NCBI GenBank assembly: GCA_965242925.1
Contig: CBDEUM010000022.1
Location: 1 to 64,000, forward strand
Length of the DNA stretch: 64,000 nucleotides
Source of the DNA: Roseibacillus sp.
GTDB taxonomy: Bacteria > Verrucomicrobiota > Verrucomicrobiia > Verrucomicrobiales > Akkermansiaceae
Reading direction: 5' to 3'
The notes beneath the pieces are model-generated. The model did not search any database, was not told the origin of the DNA, and saw only the letters and a program-made list of their open reading frames with translations. Shown piece by piece: positions 60,821 through 64,000 of this stretch (the stretch's first letter is position 1; the number at the start of each line of letters is the position of its first letter). The position numbers were made by a program, and so were the translations under genes.

Positions 60821-62476
60821 ATGCCGTCGCCCACCGACGCAGAGATTTTCACCCGATGGGCGAACACGGAGGCCCCGCTTTTGCCGATCCTTCATGCATT
60901 CCACGACCGCGACGGGTTCCTGGGGGAAAAGGCCATACATGCCATTTCGGAGGCACTTCGAACCCCGATTGCGGATCTCTACGGGACGGTCACCTTCTAT
61001 CACCACTTCGCACAGCAGGCTCCCGGACAAAGCGCCCCAAGGGTGTGCACCGGACCGATCTGCAAGTTGAAAGGTGCTGACGCCCTCCTCGATGCAATGC
61101 GTGCGGAGGGCGCCACCCCGATGGCGTGCTCCGGTCGATGCGACGACCCGGTGCCGGTCCTCAAGGGACACCAGACCCTGGTGGCCTGTGATGGCCAGAT
61201 GACGCCCTGGTACTCTCCCATTCCGATCCCCAACCCGGGCGGCCTCGAGGAGTGCGTGTTCGCCTCCATCCGGGAACCGGATCGCGGCACGCACGACGGC
61301 TACCGGCGCACCGGCGGCTACCTCGGCCTGGAAAAAGCGTTGGCAACCGATCCCGCAGCCGTGCGCCAAACCATCAGCGACAGCGGACTGGCGGGCCGCG
61401 GAGGCGCCGGATTTCCCACCGGTCGCAAATGGGATGCCGTTGCGGAGGACCCCCGTGGACCAAAGACAATCGTCTGCAACGCCGACGAGGGCGAACCCGG
61501 ATGCTTCAAGGACCGCACCCTGATGGACCTGGATCCGCACGCGGTCATCGAAGGGATGGCAATCGCAGCCCACGCAACAGGTGCCACACGGGGCTTCATC
61601 TACCTGCGCTATGAATACCCGGAGACTGCGCAGATTCTCGAACGGGCCCTCAAGGAAGCCCGGGCGACCGGTCTCCTGGGCGGCCAGACTGGCTTCGATC
61701 TGTGGGTGCGGCGTGGCGGCGGAGCCTACATCTGCGGCGAGGAAACGTCGCTGCTGAACAGCCTGGAGGGCAAGCACCCATTCCCCCGCAATCGTCCCCC
61801 CTTCCCGGTCACGCACGGATACGAGAATCTTCCGACCGTCGTTAATAACGTAGAGACCCTGGCATCGGTCCCGCCCATCCTCTCCAACGGTGCCGACTGG
61901 TATCGCCAACTCGGCACCGGCGAGCACGCCGGCACCAAGGTCATCAGCCTCTCCGGGGACGTGCTCCGCCCCGGCAACTACGAGGTTCCGCTCGGTTTAC
62001 CGCTGTCCAAGCTCCTCCATGAATGGGCCGGGGGCGTCCCCGAGGGGCGCGCAATCCAGGCTGTCACAATGGCCGGCCTGTCTGGCGGCTTCCTCGCCAG
62101 GGAGGGCCTCGATGTGACGCTGGACGAGCCGAGCATACGCGCCCAGGGGTCATTCCTCGGTGCCGGCGGCATCATGGTCCTGGACGATTCCCGTGACATG
62201 GTGGCCGTTGCTCACTCCGCCATGGAATTCTTCGCACACGAGTCATGCGGCAAGTGCTTCCCGTGCCGGATTGGCACCGCCCGGTTGACGGAGCGCCTTG
62301 GCAGTGGCGGACCCGCTTCGTTCGAAAGCTGGCGGGAGGAAGTCGATGACATTGGCTCCACCATGAAGGCCACCAGTGCCTGTGGTCTGGGGATGGCAGC
62401 GCCCCTCATCACCGAGAGCCTGGCCCGATGGTTCCCGGACCAGGTAGAAACGCACCTCAACAGCACGACCTCATGA
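60821..62476 (+). CDS. NuoE-NuoF-like fusion: diaphorase (NAD/FMN, [2Fe-2S], [4Fe-4S]) subunit of an NAD-dependent formate dehydrogenase
   Basis: NuoE part LLPILH..GFL..GTVTFYHHF..CTGPIC..CSGRC; NuoF part GRGGAGFPTG, NADEGEPGCFKDR, GGGAYICGEET, NNVETL, ESCGKCFPCRIG..SACGLG. ATGA overlap with the next gene. Confidence 0.93.
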   Translation: MPSPTDAEIFTRWANTEAPLLPILHAFHDRDGFLGEKAIHAISEALRTPIADLYGTVTFYHHFAQQAPGQSAPRVCTGPICKLKGADALLDAMRAEGATPMACSGRCDDPVPVLKGHQTLVACDGQMTPWYSPIPIPNPGGLEECVFASIREPDRGTHDGYRRTGGYLGLEKALATDPAAVRQTISDSGLAGRGGAGFPTGRKWDAVAEDPRGPKTIVCNADEGEPGCFKDRTLMDLDPHAVIEGMAIAAHATGATRGFIYLRYEYPETAQILERALKEARATGLLGGQTGFDLWVRRGGGAYICGEETSLLNSLEGKHPFPRNRPPFPVTHGYENLPTVVNNVETLASVPPILSNGADWYRQLGTGEHAGTKVISLSGDVLRPGNYEVPLGLPLSKLLHEWAGGVPEGRAIQAVTMAGLSGGFLAREGLDVTLDEPSIRAQGSFLGAGGIMVLDDSRDMVAVAHSAMEFFAHESCGKCFPCRIGTARLTERLGSGGPASFESWREEVDDIGSTMKATSACGLGMAAPLITESLARWFPDQVETHLNSTTS

Positions 62477-64000
62477 TCCAGCAAGGCCAGGAAGAACCCG
62501 CTCCGATCCCCACCGTCAACATCGACGGAGCGAACGTCCCGTTCACAGAGGGGGAAACGCTTTACGAGATCTGCTCCCGCCAGAAAAAAGATATCCCTAC
62601 CCTCTGCTACGACCCGAGGCTGGACCCCTTCGGGGGATGCCGACTGTGCGTCGTGGAACTTGAGGGCGCGCGCAACCCGGTGGCCTCCTGCACGACCCGG
62701 GCCACCGCAGGAATGAAAGTCCGCACGAAAACCGAAGCCATCGAGAACCACCGCCGAACCCTGCTGGAACTCGTGGTATCCGAGAATCGCCAGGTGGAAG
62801 TGGACGAACTCGCAGGCTACGCGTCGCAGGAACTCAAGACCCTCGTGGAACGATACGACGCCAACCGCGGCCGCTTCAAAGGCAGGCAATCCGGAGAGAG
62901 CCGTGACGACGATGACAACCCCTTCATCCTGCGCGACTACGACCAGTGCATCTCCTGCTACCGATGCGTCCGGGTCTGCGCCGAACAGGAGGGCGACCAC
63001 GCCATCAGTGTCATGAACCGCGGCTTCGATACCCGGATCACGACCGAATTCAATGGGCTTCTCCGCGACTCCGACTGCACATTCTGTGGCCAATGCGTCC
63101 AGACCTGCCCGACCGGGGCCCTGGCGGACAAGAAGGCCCTCAAGCACGTTGACGTCCCTGGCAAAATCGAGAAGACGCGCTCCGTCTGCCCCTACTGCGG
63201 GGTCGGATGCTCGGTCGATTTGTTAAGCAAGGGCGACAAACTGGTCGGGGTTCTGCCGGCGATGGATGGTCCCGCCAACGAAGGGGCCCTGTGCGTGAAG
63301 GGGCAGTTCGCCTTTGGGTTCGTCCAGCACGACGACCGACTCAAGACTCCCATGGTCCGGGGCGAAGACGGCAAACTCCATGCCACGAGCTGGGACAATG
63401 CCCTCGACCGGGCCGCCGAGGGACTGCGTGCGGTCGTCGAACGCCACGGCCGGGAAGCACTCTACGCCATCGCCTCCGGTCGCGCCCCCCACGAGGCCGC
63501 CTACACAATGCAGAAGATGATGCGCGCGGGGTGGGGGCTCAACCACATCGACAACTGCTCCCGTGCCTGACACGCCCCCACCGTCGCCGGTCTGGCGGCA
63601 ACCATCGGACGCGGAGCCATGTCGAACCCCCTCGCGGACATGGACAAACCCGACGTCTTCTTCTGCATCGGCACGAACATGACCGAGTGTCACCCCGTTG
63701 CGGCAACGAGAATCAAGAAGGGAGTGGCGGCCGGAGCAAAGCTGATCGTCGTCGACCCGCGGCAGATCGAACTGGCAAAGCGGGCGGACCTGCACCTGCC
63801 CATCCGGGTCGGATCGGACACCGCCCTTCTCCTCGCCATGACCCACGTCATCGCCCGTGATGACCTGGTCGACCAATCCTTCACCGCGGAGCGGACTACC
63901 GGTCTTGAGGAGTTTATCGAACACGTCCGGGACTTCTCCCCCGAATGGGCCGCCGGGATCTGCGAGGTCCCCGCGGAGGACATCGAAGCGGCGGCCCGGA
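62473..64000 (+). CDS. fdhF: Selenocysteine-containing formate dehydrogenase alpha subunit (FdhF/FdsA-like with N-terminal Fe-S domains), runs off the window
   Basis: [2Fe-2S] CYDPRL..GGCRLC..SC; two [4Fe-4S] motifs CISCYRCVRVC and CTFCGQCVQTCP; CPYCGVGC..LCVKG. IDNCSRA-TGA(63568-63570)-HAPTVAGL..GRGAMSN..IGTNMTECHPV..LIVVDPR continues in frame, like E. coli FdhF CARV-U-HGPSVAGL. Confidence 0.95.
63583..63599 (+). promoter_or_regulatory. SECIS element of the formate dehydrogenase alpha subunit
   Basis: GTCGCC-GGTCT-GGCGGC hairpin with the loop 18 nt after the UGA; same position and GGUCU core as the E. coli fdhF SECIS. Confidence 0.85.

Noticed and set aside
60565..60867. 100-aa minus-strand ORF upstream of the FDH operon
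   Set aside because: Overlaps the NuoEF start and its likely promoter region and has no recognisable motif.

Overview
GC-rich bacterial window whose gene content (DUF1552/DUF1592 pair, PVC-type heme-binding protein, DUF1080s, PEP-CTERM proteins, CotH/lamin-tail proteins, a Verru_Chthon-A-like giant pilin-like protein) points to Verrucomicrobiota; this taxonomy is inferred. About 33 genes, no rRNA, no intact tRNA, no CRISPR array, no transposase or integrase. Main points: (1) Two selenoproteins are hidden by the ORF track, each with an in-frame UGA at a conserved Cys position followed by a SECIS-like hairpin. One is a formate dehydrogenase alpha subunit (CSRA-U-H). The other is a predicted exported SHD1 + thioredoxin-fold protein with a W-U-G-G-C active site. 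(2) A surface-protein region of about 40 kb holds a protein with about 2.9 exact 1029-bp tandem repeats of a PA14-like + Ca-binding module, two CotH-kinase-like exported proteins, and two convergent >2000-aa adhesin-like paralogs that share a highly similar 1.3-kb 5' block (three C1q/BclA-like domains) forming an inverted repeat. Several of these proteins share a C-terminal S-x-DL-x-x-W ... F/Y-x-R-L domain that may be a sorting signal. (3) Recombination or deletion scars: a tRNA-Pro 3' fragment fused to a diverged copy of the DUF1592 gene start, an abgT C-terminal remnant and an orphan C-terminal domain. At least seven genes carry small frameshifts, mostly in short base runs, which most likely are long-read consensus errors. 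All family assignments come from motif recognition by eye, not database searches.
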